Counted from the stretch's first letter, positions 8,876 to 18,966 are shown. The stretch: DNA of 49,024 nucleotides from an uncultured Thermodesulfobacteriota bacterium (GCA_964459295.1 CAYWLT010000001.1:1-49024), one strand, 5' to 3'. Notes: generated from the sequence alone by a model not told the origin. Numbers and translations are program-made.

Positions 8876-8902
8876 TAAAGTTATTTTTTATCCGGCCGAA
8901 CC
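8876..8902 (+). promoter_or_regulatory. Candidate sigma28 promoter for the glycosylation island
   Basis: The plus strand reads TAAAGTTA-N11-GCCGAACC (TAAA-N15-GCCGA). It is divergent from the flagellin promoter and ~35 nt before the ATG at 8936. Confidence 0.45.
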
Positions 8903-8935
8903 AACCATTAAGTGAATGGACAGTTGGAAGCAACG

Positions 8936-9631
8936 ATGAAAAACAATGGGTTAAAATTCTTCAAGCATTCGCCCCTTTTCAACCGGCTGCTCATCCTCAG
9001 CGCACTTGAGAGGACTCCCCGGAGCAGCCAGAGCAGCCTGGCGAAGGAGGCCGGTTTAACTTCATCCATGGTAAACAATTACATCCGCGAACTTTCACAT
9101 GAACGGTTGATCCTGATTCAGGGAAATACCAATAGGACGATCAGTTATAATCTTACCGGTAAGGGTTTACAGGAAAAGATGTCTTTGCTTGTCGCCTATA
9201 TATTAGAAACTACCGGCCTCTACCAGACAGCCAAGTGGGAATTTACTCAAAGACTTAAGAAAATCTATGAAGAAGGAATTCGCCGTGTCGTTCTCTTCGG
9301 TGCCGGCGCAACCGCGGAGCTTCTCTACAATGCCCGAAAATCCCTCGATCTTAAAATCGTCGGGGTAGTTGATAACGATCCTAAAAAACAAGGTACGCTT
9401 TTCGGCAATCTGATCATACAGGGACCCGAATATATTGAGCGGGTTAATCCGGATGGAGTAATCATCGCCTCAATCGGAAGACAAGATGAAATCTACGCCC
9501 AGATACGCCATCTTGCGAAAAAAGGGATTTCCGTACGTACCATAAGCGCTTCATGCCATGACAGTCAGAAAAAGCAAGAGAGCAGGCCTGCACCACGGAT
9601 GTCCAGAGGTTGCATAAGGAGGCAGGCATAA
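8936..9631 (+). CDS. Winged-helix (MarR-like) regulator fused to a Rossmann-like NAD/CoA-binding domain
   Basis: N-terminus SQSSLAKEAGLTSSMVNNYIRELSHERLI is HTH-like. C-terminus RRVVLFGAGATAELLYNARKSLDLKIVGVVDNDPKKQG resembles the N-terminal domain of NeuD/PglB-type proteins, but without the LbH part. Confidence 0.55.
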   Translation: MKNNGLKFFKHSPLFNRLLILSALERTPRSSQSSLAKEAGLTSSMVNNYIRELSHERLILIQGNTNRTISYNLTGKGLQEKMSLLVAYILETTGLYQTAKWEFTQRLKKIYEEGIRRVVLFGAGATAELLYNARKSLDLKIVGVVDNDPKKQGTLFGNLIIQGPEYIERVNPDGVIIASIGRQDEIYAQIRHLAKKGISVRTISASCHDSQKKQESRPAPRMSRGCIRRQA

Positions 9632-9662
9632 GGCTGGTAATGACCCACCTTCGGATAACCGC

Positions 9663-10385
9663 ATGAACCGATCCACGATAGGAGATCAGAAGATACTCGC
9701 AGTCATACCGGCCCGGGGCGGATCCAAAGGGATTCCCCGGAAGAATATACAGATGCTTCTGGGCAGGCCTTTAATCGCCTACTCCATTATTGCCGCACTC
9801 CGGTCGCAAACCGTACAGCAAACAGTTGTTTCAACCGACGATGAGGTTATTGCGCGCATCGCGCGGCACTTTGGAGCGGAAGTTCCCTTTCTACGACCTC
9901 CCTGCCTGTCAACCGATACCGCCTCCACCACATCTGTTTTGCGGCACGCGGTACGGTTCCTGTCGGACAAAAAAGAAAAGCCGGATGATATTATCGTGTG
10001 TCTGCAGCCGACCAGTCCGCTGCGCTCAGCCAATGACATCGATCAGGCGGTGCTTTTATGTTTGCAGGCGGGGGCGGATTCCGTGGTTTCACTCTGTCCG
10101 GCGGAACATCACCCCTACTGGATGAAAAAAGTGATGGGGGACAGGGTGTATCCGCTGATGGAGGTGGATGATGAACAATATCCCCGAAGACAAGACCTGC
10201 CTCCGGCATATCAATTAAACGGGGCTATTTATGTCACCCGAAGAAAAATCCTCCTCGAGGAAGAGCGACTGCTGGGAGAGAACACCCTGGCTTACATCAT
10301 GCCCCGGGAGCGATCTATCGATATTGATACCCCCTTTGATTTAAAGCTGGCGGAACTGATCATGAAGGGAGAGGTCACCCCATGA
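9663..10385 (+). CDS. neuA: Acylneuraminate (nonulosonate) cytidylyltransferase, NeuA/LegF type
   Basis: ILAVIPARGGSKGIPRKNIQMLLGRPLIAYSI is the CMP-NeuAc synthetase family signature. The stop overlaps the next start (ATGA). Confidence 0.9.
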   Translation: MNRSTIGDQKILAVIPARGGSKGIPRKNIQMLLGRPLIAYSIIAALRSQTVQQTVVSTDDEVIARIARHFGAEVPFLRPPCLSTDTASTTSVLRHAVRFLSDKKEKPDDIIVCLQPTSPLRSANDIDQAVLLCLQAGADSVVSLCPAEHHPYWMKKVMGDRVYPLMEVDDEQYPRRQDLPPAYQLNGAIYVTRRKILLEEERLLGENTLAYIMPRERSIDIDTPFDLKLAELIMKGEVTP

Positions 10386-11422
10386 CCGCGATAAAAATCG
10401 GCCGCAGGAGAATCGGTGAAAATCACCCTGCTTTCATTATTGCCGAAGCGGGTGTCAATCACAATGGTGACACGAGTCTGGCCAGAAAGCTGGTGGATGA
10501 CGCGGTTGCGGCAGGGGTTGATGCGGTTAAGTTCCAGACCTTTGTCACGGAGGAGATAGTCACCCGTACGGCACAGAAGGCGGACTACCAGAAGAAAAAC
10601 ACGGGGAGCTCAGGTGAATCGCAGTTTGAAATGCTGAAAAAACTGGAGTTATCGTTCGGCGCGTTCCGGGAGTTGAAGCGATATTGCGCGTTCCGGGGGA
10701 TTTTGTTTCTTTCCACCCCCTTTGATCGCCGGAGCGCCGATTTTTTAGATGATTTGAAAATCTCCGCCTTCAAGATCGCTTCCGGGGAGTTAACCAACCG
10801 GTCCCTCCTCCGCCATGTCGCTCTAAAGCGAAAACCGATCATTCTGTCTACCGGTATGTCCACCCTGAAAGAAGTGGAAAATGCGGTTACGATACTGGGC
10901 GGGACGCAAAACCGGCAAATAATTCTTCTCCACTGCACCTCCGAGTATCCGGCGAGGGCGGAAAGTATTAATTTGAGGGGCATGCGCACCCTGCAGGATC
11001 GGTTCGGCGTTCCGGTAGGCCTCTCAGATCATTCCCGGGGAATAGAAATCGCGCTTGCCGCCGTTGCCCTGGGGGCGTGCGTAATCGAAAAGCACTTTAC
11101 CCTGGACAAGAAGTTGCCCGGCCCCGATCACCGCGCCTCCCTGGAGCCTCAAGAATTAAAGGCATTGGTGCGGGGCATCCGAAATATCGAAAAAGCGATG
11201 GGAAACGGGACAAAGGCTCCATCCGGAACCGAAAGGAAAATCAGCCGCATTGTGAGAAAGAGCATCGTTGCCGCGGTGGATATAAAGCAGGGAACGCCGT
11301 TCCGTGAAGACAACCTCACCACCAAAAGGCCGGGGCATGGTATCAGCCCCATGCGATGGAACGAGGTGATCGGCAAAACGGCGATGAGAGATTTTAAGGC
11401 GGATGAGCTGATAATAATTTGA
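10382..11422 (+). CDS. neuB: Nonulosonic acid synthase, NeuB/LegI type
   Basis: IGENHPAFIIAEAGVNHNGD...DAVKFQTF...HCTSEYPA...LSDHS, plus a C-terminal SAF/antifreeze-like domain. Confidence 0.9.
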   Translation: MTAIKIGRRRIGENHPAFIIAEAGVNHNGDTSLARKLVDDAVAAGVDAVKFQTFVTEEIVTRTAQKADYQKKNTGSSGESQFEMLKKLELSFGAFRELKRYCAFRGILFLSTPFDRRSADFLDDLKISAFKIASGELTNRSLLRHVALKRKPIILSTGMSTLKEVENAVTILGGTQNRQIILLHCTSEYPARAESINLRGMRTLQDRFGVPVGLSDHSRGIEIALAAVALGACVIEKHFTLDKKLPGPDHRASLEPQELKALVRGIRNIEKAMGNGTKAPSGTERKISRIVRKSIVAAVDIKQGTPFREDNLTTKRPGHGISPMRWNEVIGKTAMRDFKADELIII

Positions 11423-12603
11423 GAGTCGCCATGAAACGGAAAATTTGCATTGTGACCGGCAGCCGCGCCGAATACGGATTGATGCACTGCCTAATGCAGG
11501 AAATTAGAGAAGACCCCGATCTGGCATTACAGCTAATCGTTACCGGCATGCACCTTTCGCCGGAGTTTGGTTTAACCTACAAGGCGATTGAAGAAGACGG
11601 CTTTGTGATCAACGAAAAAGTGGAGATGCTGATGTCAGGGGACACCCCGAGCGCCATTGCCAAATCCATGGGGCTCGGCGTTATCGGCTTTGCCGATGCC
11701 CTGGCGCGGCTCGGACCTGATATCATGGTTGTGCTGGGTGACCGGTATGAAATCTTCGCCGCCTGCGCCGCCGCCCTGCCTGCCCGTATCCCGATTGCCC
11801 ACCTGCACGGCGGAGAAACTACCCAGGGGGTTATTGATGAAGCAATCCGCCACGCAATAACCAAGATGGCGCACCTTCATTTCACCGCCACGGAAACATA
11901 CAAAAAAAGGGTCATTCAAATGGGAGAGCACCCGACGCGGGTTTTCTGTTTCGGCGCGCCCGGCCTTGATGCCATCGGGCGGCTCAGGCTGCGTGAACGC
12001 AGGGCGTTTGAAAAATCAATTGGATTTGAACTGGGCGCGAAAAACATCCTGATTACCTTTCATCCGGTCACCCTGGAGGCAAAGGTATCCGGTCTGCATT
12101 TCGGAGAACTGTTAAAAGCTCTGAAAAGGCTTAATGACACAAAGCTCATTTTTACCAAACCCAACGCGGACACCGATGGCCGGATTATCATCACAATGAT
12201 CAATGATTTTGTGAAGGAAAACGGCGACAGGGCCATTGGGGTTGACTCCCTGGGCCGGCTTAATTACTTGAGCGCCCTCAAACATGTAGACATGCTGGTG
12301 GGCAATTCTTCCAGCGGCCTGACCGAAGCACCGTCTTTTAAAATACCCACGGTTGATATCGGAGACCGGCAGAAGGGCCGCGTCCGGGCCCAAACGGTTA
12401 TTCATTGCGAAGCCAAGAGAAAAGATATTCTGGCTGCCATCAACCGGGGGTTCTCAACAAAATTTCGCGATTCCATCAAGGACGCGGTGAACCCCTACGG
12501 CGGAGGAGGGGCGTCGCGCCGCATAAAAAACAAGCTAAAAAATATTGGCCTTGGAAAGAATCTGCTTCAGAAGGAATTCCAGGATATCGGCTGCACGCCA
12601 TGA
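11419..12603 (+). CDS. neuC: UDP/GDP-N-acetylglucosamine 2-epimerase (hydrolysing), NeuC/LegG type
   Basis: KICIVTGSRAEYGLMHCLMQEI...VLGDRYE...AHLHGGE...HPVT. Overlaps the neuB stop. Confidence 0.9.
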   Translation: MRVAMKRKICIVTGSRAEYGLMHCLMQEIREDPDLALQLIVTGMHLSPEFGLTYKAIEEDGFVINEKVEMLMSGDTPSAIAKSMGLGVIGFADALARLGPDIMVVLGDRYEIFAACAAALPARIPIAHLHGGETTQGVIDEAIRHAITKMAHLHFTATETYKKRVIQMGEHPTRVFCFGAPGLDAIGRLRLRERRAFEKSIGFELGAKNILITFHPVTLEAKVSGLHFGELLKALKRLNDTKLIFTKPNADTDGRIIITMINDFVKENGDRAIGVDSLGRLNYLSALKHVDMLVGNSSSGLTEAPSFKIPTVDIGDRQKGRVRAQTVIHCEAKRKDILAAINRGFSTKFRDSIKDAVNPYGGGGASRRIKNKLKNIGLGKNLLQKEFQDIGCTP

Positions 12604-12636
12604 AGGTTCGCCAATCATAGCCGGGGCAATAGCAGC

Positions 12637-13746
12637 ATGAGTATTATATCTGAGGTTAAAGATGTGATAGTGGATCAGCACACTTCTTTCGGGGAAACGC
12701 TTCGGCGGATGGACCGGCATCAGAGAAGTATCACGCTGATAGTGGATGAGCATAACCGGCTGTCCGGCATTTTAACCGATGGCGACATTCGCAAGGCCAT
12801 TCTCAGCGGCATAACACCGGAGGAGAGCGTGCAAAAGGCGATGAACCGCAATTATTTCTGTTTAAAGTCCGGGTATGCGGACGGAGAAATGATCAGAATT
12901 ATGAAGGAAAACGGCATCTACCATCTTCCCATCGTGGATGAGCACCGGCGGCTCATCGGCGTCGTTTTCCAACAAACCTTTATCCAGCAAAAGATCCTGC
13001 TCAGTCCCATCGTTATTATGGCGGGTGGATTGGGCAGCCGCCTCTTCCCTTTAACCCGGGATACACCTAAGCCTCTCCTGGAGGTTTCGGGAAAGCCGAT
13101 GATTATCCATATACTGGAAAAGTTTCGCGATGAGGGGGCAAGGGATTTTTTCATTTGCGTCAATTATAAAAGCACCATGATTGAGGAACACCTGGGAGAT
13201 GGAAGCGCCTACCGCATTAACATAAATTATATCAAGGAAACCGAAAAGCTCGGCACGGCAGGCGCGCTCTCGCTCCTGCCGGAAATGTCCGCCCCCTTTT
13301 TTGTGGCCAACGCGGACGTCATGACTTCCATTAACTTGAGAGCGATGTATCAGTTTCACATCGATAACGAGGCGGCGCTCACCATGGCGATTAAAAAAAA
13401 CCAAAAGAATGTTCCCTTTGGAACGGTTACCCTGGAACACAACCGAATCGTTGACCTGAGTGAAAAGCCTTCAATCGTGTACTATCTCAACGCGGGTATC
13501 TACATTATCGATCATCACTGTCTCAAGGAGATCCCGACAAACCGCCTATACCATATGACCGATTTTGTCACCCACCTGCTCTCCCGCAATGAGAAGATAA
13601 CCGGGTATCTGATTAACGGCCCGTGGACCGATATAGGACAATTCAAGGATTATCTTGAATGCAACTGGGAAAGAGCGTCCAGCGGACACTCCGCCGAAAG
13701 CATCGGAAATCTCTACCGGGATGCGGTCCGGATCCCCCATCCGTAA
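12637..13746 (+). CDS. CBS-pair + sugar-phosphate nucleotidyltransferase (PtmE-like architecture)
   Basis: N-terminal CBS text LIVDEHNRLSGILTDGDIRK...HLPIVDEHRRLIGVV, then IVIMAGGLGSRLFPLTRDTPKPLL (G-x-G-t-R-l nucleotidyltransferase motif). Confidence 0.8.
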   Translation: MSIISEVKDVIVDQHTSFGETLRRMDRHQRSITLIVDEHNRLSGILTDGDIRKAILSGITPEESVQKAMNRNYFCLKSGYADGEMIRIMKENGIYHLPIVDEHRRLIGVVFQQTFIQQKILLSPIVIMAGGLGSRLFPLTRDTPKPLLEVSGKPMIIHILEKFRDEGARDFFICVNYKSTMIEEHLGDGSAYRININYIKETEKLGTAGALSLLPEMSAPFFVANADVMTSINLRAMYQFHIDNEAALTMAIKKNQKNVPFGTVTLEHNRIVDLSEKPSIVYYLNAGIYIIDHHCLKEIPTNRLYHMTDFVTHLLSRNEKITGYLINGPWTDIGQFKDYLECNWERASSGHSAESIGNLYRDAVRIPHP

Positions 13747-13772
13747 ATTGTTACAGTGCAGCCTAAGGAAAG

Positions 13773-14770
13773 ATGATCTCTATGGACTGGAAAAATAAAA
13801 CCATACTGGTGACCGGGGCGGAAGGATTTATCGGAAGCCATTTAACCGAAAGCCTGGTTGCCCGGGGAGCCCGGGTCAAGGCGCTGGCCATGTACAATGC
13901 CTTTAACAAGTGGGGTGGATCGACCGCTTTAAGCGTAATGATATGAATGGCCTCAGCGTTCTCTGCGGCGACATTCGGGAAGCTGATTTCTTGAAAGTTG
14001 CGCTCAAAGGGGTTGATATGGTTTTTCATCTGGCCGCGCTTATTTCCATTCCCTACTCGTATGTATCACCCTCTTCCTACATCAAGACCAATATCGAAGG
14101 GACACTCGCTCTTTTACAGGCATCGCAGGAGTGTGAGGTTGAAAAAATCATTCATACCTCATCCAGCGAGGTGTATGGAACCGCCCGGTATGTTCCCATC
14201 GACGAGCAGCATCCCCTCCAGGGCCAGTCTCCCTATGCGGCGAGCAAAATCGGCGCGGATATGATTGTGGAAAGTTTTTATCGTTCTTTTAATCTGCCGG
14301 TGATCACGGTTCGTCCCTTTAATACCTACGGCCCCCGGCAGTCTGCCAGGGCTATCATCCCCACCCTGATTGTTCAGATGCTCACCCGGAATACAATTAA
14401 GCTCGGGTCCCTGCACCCGGTAAGGGATTTCACCTACGTTTCGGATACAGTGCAGGGTTTTATCGCTGCGGCGGAGGCCGAGGGGATATACGGGGAAGTA
14501 ATCAACCTCGGCACCACCCGCGGCATATCAATCGGCGACCTGGCCGACAAACTGATGAAGATGATGGGAAAGACAGTGGAAATCGAATGTGAGCAGGAGA
14601 GGACCAGGCCGGCACGCAGCGAGGTCAACCGGCTTATCTGTGACAATCAAAAGGCGGGCGGGTTAATTGGCTGGCGCCCGGCGGTGCATCTGGACGAAGG
14701 TTTGGAGAAAACCATAAACTGGTTTAAGGAAAATCTGGAAGAATACAAGGGTGATGCATACGCCATTTGA
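13773..14770 (+). pseudogene. NAD-dependent sugar 4,6-dehydratase/epimerase (LegB-like SDR) with the reading frame broken at ~13911-13916
   Basis: The frame from the ATG at 13773 gives MISMDWKNKTILVTGAEGFIGSHL...YNAFNKWGG.. and stops at 13944-13946. A second frame (ORF track 13910-14770) continues GWIDRF...HLAAL...SPYAASK... So the Rossmann GxxGxxG and the catalytic YxxxK are in different frames. One extra G in TGGGGTGG would restore N-K-W-G-W-I-D. Confidence 0.75.
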
Positions 14771-14795
14771 TAATGCATAAGGACGGGGAGAGCGT

Positions 14796-17489
14796 ATGAG
14801 CTATTTTGAACAAAACCTGAAAGCCCTGGAGAAATGGCACCCCGAGATAGCCCGGCTGATGCGACGGGAGATAGATACGCGCCATATCGAGGTGTGTGTC
14901 TCAAAGGCCGGCATTGCCACCGCCAGGGTTACAACCCCCATCGGGGAGAGGGTCATGGTACATGATGAATTTGATCCGGCGGCAAAGGCTGAAGGGCACG
15001 TAAAAAAGCTTGATCTGTCCGGCACCAGCGGTTCGGTTCTTCTCGGCTTCGGGCTTGGGTATCTGGCTCGGGAAATAGTGAAAGCCATGGAAACCGGACA
15101 CCTGCTCATTATCTGTGAAGCCGATCCCGCACTGTTCAGGGTGGCCTTAGAACACTGTGATCTGGCACGGGTGTTTGAAACATCGAGCGTAAAACTGTTG
15201 CTGGGAAAAGACATTGATATAGCGCCGCACATTTTTAGTCTCACGATGAAATATCTCACCGCCAAAATATCGGTGATTAGCTTTCATCCATCCCTGGTTA
15301 TCGATCCCGAGGTATACCAGAACCTGTATCAAAAGGCGCAGGAAGCGGCCCTGCTGATTAAGGTAAAAGCCAATACCGTCCTCTACGGAGGCAGGGAAAT
15401 GGCGGGGAATATACTCGCCAATACCATGGAAATCATTCGATCCGCCGGCATTAGAAGATTGTTTAATAAGTTCAGGGGTATTCCCGCAATCATCGTAGGA
15501 GCCGGTCCTTCGCTGGAGAAAAATGTGGCGTTTTTAAAAGAGGTTAAGGAAAAAGCGATACTGATCGCGGCAGACCGAACCTTGGGACTGCTCTTACCTT
15601 TAGGCATAACCCCCCACCTGGTGCCGTCGATCGATTACAGCAAAGTCAACTATGACGAAAAATATGCATCGCTTCACATGAGCGATAAACTTTACATGGT
15701 CTTTTCTCAAACCCTTCATCACAATATTACCAGGAAGTTTTGGGGAGAAAAGTTTGTCCTGGGTACCCAGGATACCCTGGGCACTATGCTCAGTTATTAT
15801 TGGGGTGACAAGGGATATGTCCCCACCGGGCTGCACGTGGGTCATTTAGCATTTTGTTTGGCCGGCGCCATGGGCTGCAATCCCATTATACTCACCGGTA
15901 TGGACCTGGCCTTTTCCGGAGACAAGGTCCATGCCGGGGATATTGAAACGAAGGAGCACTATGTAGCGTCTGACCGGTTTGCCAGTGAAGGCATCTTCGG
16001 AGAGCGATTAAAATCGGATGCGCCTTTCAGAAGTTTTGTCTTTGATTTAAACAGGGCTATACGCGAGTCAAACGCACTGTGCATCGATGCCAGCGAGGGG
16101 GGGGCAAAAAAAGAGGGCGCCAGGATAATGCGTTTAAGAGATGCGGTTAGCGAATACTGCAAAGTCGACCATCCGGAAATAAGAAGTATTCTTGAAGAGG
16201 AGAGCCAAAAATTTGATGATTCGCTATATGATGAGTTGCAAAAAGATTTAATCTTTGTTGAAAAAGAGTCCAAAAGCATGAAACGGGCTTCCCGGGCAAT
16301 ACTAAGAATTATTGGAAAATTCCGGGCAATGAAGGCGGCGGGCAGGCAAACAAGCTCGGAATATATCAAGCTCACCAGGAAAGCCGAGATGTTGACCCGC
16401 CAGGCCGAGGGAAGAGGGCGGATCTGGAATATGTTGATGAATTACAACTTTGCCAATGTGCTTTTTATGGGAAGGGAGGAGATAAAAAAAATAGATTTAA
16501 TCGATGATCCGTATGAAAAACTGGAGGGCCAGTTGGATCGGGCGGCAACCTACTACAAAAACTTTCTCGATGCCCTTACCCCCTTCATTGACGACATTCA
16601 AAAACTCACAAAGAGACTTGCGCGGGAATGCACGGCAAAAGCTACTTTCGAAAAATCAGCGAAAACCTGGAGAGACTATCTCAGCTACGGCACGGATCTC
16701 TTTAAAGCGGAAATATACCGTGAGGCTGAAGCCGCCTTCAAGCAGGCCATCGAGTTAAATCCCGACCATAGTGAGGCCTGCTACTATTTAGGCAGGATTT
16801 ATCACGAACAGAATAGATTTAAGGCCGCCGCCTCCATATTAGAAAAGGCCATCGCGCTTGGAAGTGATGTAACCGATGCGAAAGATCTTCTCGATGCCTG
16901 TAACGAGAGGAACCGGCAATGGGATTCCCGCTGCCGGAAATTAAGGGAAAAATTCTACCGCCAGGCATTGCAAGGGCGTTATGAAAAGGCGGCTATTTTG
17001 GAAGGAGGGAATTTCTATTTTCGGGTTAAGGACTACGAACGGGCGAAGCAGGAGTATTTGTCGGTGATTGACCGCCATCCCGCACTGCCTGAGGCGCACT
17101 ACCACCTGGGACATACCTATTTTGCCATGCAAGATTTTGAAAAAGGCGTGGAGTCTTTGAGTAAAGCAATGGAGCTTGAACCGGACAACCCGGCGATATA
17201 TCGCGACCTGGGGCTGGTTTCAATCAAGCGGGGCCTGGTTGGGTCGGCTGAAAGATTTCTGCTGAAAGCGATCGAGCTGAAGCCGGACGACCTGGAACTG
17301 CATGAGATCCTGGGAAACCTCTACTTCAATAATGATCAGTATGAAAAGGCGGTTGAAATATACGAGCGGATTCTCGCAATCAAGCCGGATCACCACGAGT
17401 CGGCAAACAACCTGGGCAGGGCCTACCGTAAATTGATCGATGATAGCCTGCACGCGCCAGGCCGGACTCAAACCCAGTCACTACCGTAA
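14796..17489 (+). CDS. maf: Motility-associated factor (Maf, DUF115/MptE-like) flagellin glycosyltransferase with a C-terminal TPR array
   Basis: N-terminus FEQNLKALEKWHPEIARLM and core IPAIIVGAGPSLEKN...LIAADRTL...PSIDY are typical of Maf proteins. The last ~270 aa contain repeated TPR-like A..Y..AIEL.PD / Y.LG..Y units. Confidence 0.8.
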   Translation: MSYFEQNLKALEKWHPEIARLMRREIDTRHIEVCVSKAGIATARVTTPIGERVMVHDEFDPAAKAEGHVKKLDLSGTSGSVLLGFGLGYLAREIVKAMETGHLLIICEADPALFRVALEHCDLARVFETSSVKLLLGKDIDIAPHIFSLTMKYLTAKISVISFHPSLVIDPEVYQNLYQKAQEAALLIKVKANTVLYGGREMAGNILANTMEIIRSAGIRRLFNKFRGIPAIIVGAGPSLEKNVAFLKEVKEKAILIAADRTLGLLLPLGITPHLVPSIDYSKVNYDEKYASLHMSDKLYMVFSQTLHHNITRKFWGEKFVLGTQDTLGTMLSYYWGDKGYVPTGLHVGHLAFCLAGAMGCNPIILTGMDLAFSGDKVHAGDIETKEHYVASDRFASEGIFGERLKSDAPFRSFVFDLNRAIRESNALCIDASEGGAKKEGARIMRLRDAVSEYCKVDHPEIRSILEEESQKFDDSLYDELQKDLIFVEKESKSMKRASRAILRIIGKFRAMKAAGRQTSSEYIKLTRKAEMLTRQAEGRGRIWNMLMNYNFANVLFMGREEIKKIDLIDDPYEKLEGQLDRAATYYKNFLDALTPFIDDIQKLTKRLARECTAKATFEKSAKTWRDYLSYGTDLFKAEIYREAEAAFKQAIELNPDHSEACYYLGRIYHEQNRFKAAASILEKAIALGSDVTDAKDLLDACNERNRQWDSRCRKLREKFYRQALQGRYEKAAILEGGNFYFRVKDYERAKQEYLSVIDRHPALPEAHYHLGHTYFAMQDFEKGVESLSKAMELEPDNPAIYRDLGLVSIKRGLVGSAERFLLKAIELKPDDLELHEILGNLYFNNDQYEKAVEIYERILAIKPDHHESANNLGRAYRKLIDDSLHAPGRTQTQSLP
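16097..16104 (+). repeat. G8 homopolymer (followed by C then A7, 16106-16112) inside the maf coding sequence
   Basis: Read directly: gcgaGGGGGGGGcAAAAAAAgag, encoding E-G-G-A-K-K-E. Confidence 0.95.
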
Positions 17490-17536
17490 TAAATACCGCA
17501 ACCGAAACAGCCGGTTATTCTCAGGGGGTCTCGCAC

Positions 17537-18958
17537 ATGACATTAAAAGGAAGGGTGCTATTTATTATTCATGATTTATATCAGGAAGACAATCACTTGC
17601 CGCTCGGTCCGGCCTATCTGGGCGCGGTTTTAAAAAAACAGGGTGTAACGGTTGAAGCGTATTGCCAGGACCTTTTTCACCACAGCAATCAGGCGCTGGC
17701 CGCCCATTTAGCCAGGAACACCTACGATCTCATCGGCGTAGGATTTCTAGCGGCCCGCTTTACCGAGACCGTCATCGACCTCTGCGCGACCATTAAGCGG
17801 CATAACCGCGGCTGGTTAATCCTGGGCGGACACGGCCCCACTCCTATCCCGGAATACATGCTGAAAAAAACCGGCGCCGATGTGGTGATAATGGGGGAAG
17901 CCGAAGAAACCATTATAGACCTATTACGATGCAGAATTGATGGAGGAGACCTTTCGGCGATAAAGGGAATCGCGTTCCGGAACGGTGCGGAAATCACGAT
18001 TAATGAAAGGCGACCGCCGATTAAGAGTTTGGATTCCATTCCCTTTCCGGAGTGGTCTTTATTCCCCATGGAAAAGTACACTAACTGCTTGAGTCTCTTC
18101 AGACAAGAGAAAGGAGACAGAGCCGTGGGTATACTGACCAGCCGGGGCTGCGTAAACCGGTGTGCGTTCTGCTACCGGATGGAAAATGGCATTCGGTTCA
18201 GGTCGGTTGAAAATGTGGTTGAAGAAATGAAGGTTCTGAACAAAACCTACGGGGTTAACTACTTCCACCCCCAGGATGAACTTTTTATTGCCAGTAAAAA
18301 GAGGGCTTTTGAGCTGCATCGTCAGTTAAAGAAAAACAAGCTTACCATAAAATTCGCGTGTAATGCGCGGGTCGATATCTTTGACCAAGAGCTGGCATCC
18401 TGTTTAAAAGAATGCGGATGCCAGTTTCTCAATTTCGGCATGGAGTCTTCCGACCAAAACGTGCTGAACCTGATGAACAAAGGAACCTCCGTAGCCCAGA
18501 ATATAAAAGCGGCGGAAATAACAAGAAAGGCGGGAATCGGGCTTGGTTTAAATTTCATCTGGGGCAATATCGGCGATACGGAAGAATCGCTTAAAAATAA
18601 CGTAAGGCTGATTAAAGAATATACCACCTATGATCAGCTCAGAACCATTCGGCCGGTTACCCCCTATCCCGGATGCGACTTGTATTATGAGGCAATCCGC
18701 CGGGGGCTTTTAGCCGGACCTGAGGACTTCTTCAATAAATTTAAAAACTCTGATCTTCGGTTGGTTAATTTTACCGAGATACCGGAAGGAGAGTTCTACC
18801 AGCTGCTCTTTGAAGCCAATAAAGAACTCATCCGAGACCACTACTGGCACACCACTCGGAACATGGACCAGGCGCAAGCGCTGATTAATGACTTTAAGGG
18901 TCTATATTTTGGGAATAAAATTAAATTTAGAGGGGCCCGACACTACCAGGCCGCCTGA
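17537..18958 (+). CDS. B12-binding-domain radical SAM enzyme
   Basis: N-terminal cobalamin-binding-like Rossmann text (YDLIGVGFLAARF...VIMGEAEE), then the radical SAM cluster motif SRGCVNRCAFCY. Confidence 0.85.
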   Translation: MTLKGRVLFIIHDLYQEDNHLPLGPAYLGAVLKKQGVTVEAYCQDLFHHSNQALAAHLARNTYDLIGVGFLAARFTETVIDLCATIKRHNRGWLILGGHGPTPIPEYMLKKTGADVVIMGEAEETIIDLLRCRIDGGDLSAIKGIAFRNGAEITINERRPPIKSLDSIPFPEWSLFPMEKYTNCLSLFRQEKGDRAVGILTSRGCVNRCAFCYRMENGIRFRSVENVVEEMKVLNKTYGVNYFHPQDELFIASKKRAFELHRQLKKNKLTIKFACNARVDIFDQELASCLKECGCQFLNFGMESSDQNVLNLMNKGTSVAQNIKAAEITRKAGIGLGLNFIWGNIGDTEESLKNNVRLIKEYTTYDQLRTIRPVTPYPGCDLYYEAIRRGLLAGPEDFFNKFKNSDLRLVNFTEIPEGEFYQLLFEANKELIRDHYWHTTRNMDQAQALINDFKGLYFGNKIKFRGARHYQAA

Positions 18959-18966
18959 CCCGGCTT

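Noticed and set aside
8598-8933. 111-aa minus-strand ORF in the fliC upstream region.
   Set aside because: It overlaps both sigma28 motifs and the fliC leader, and its composition is Arg/Cys-rich. It is more likely non-coding regulatory DNA.
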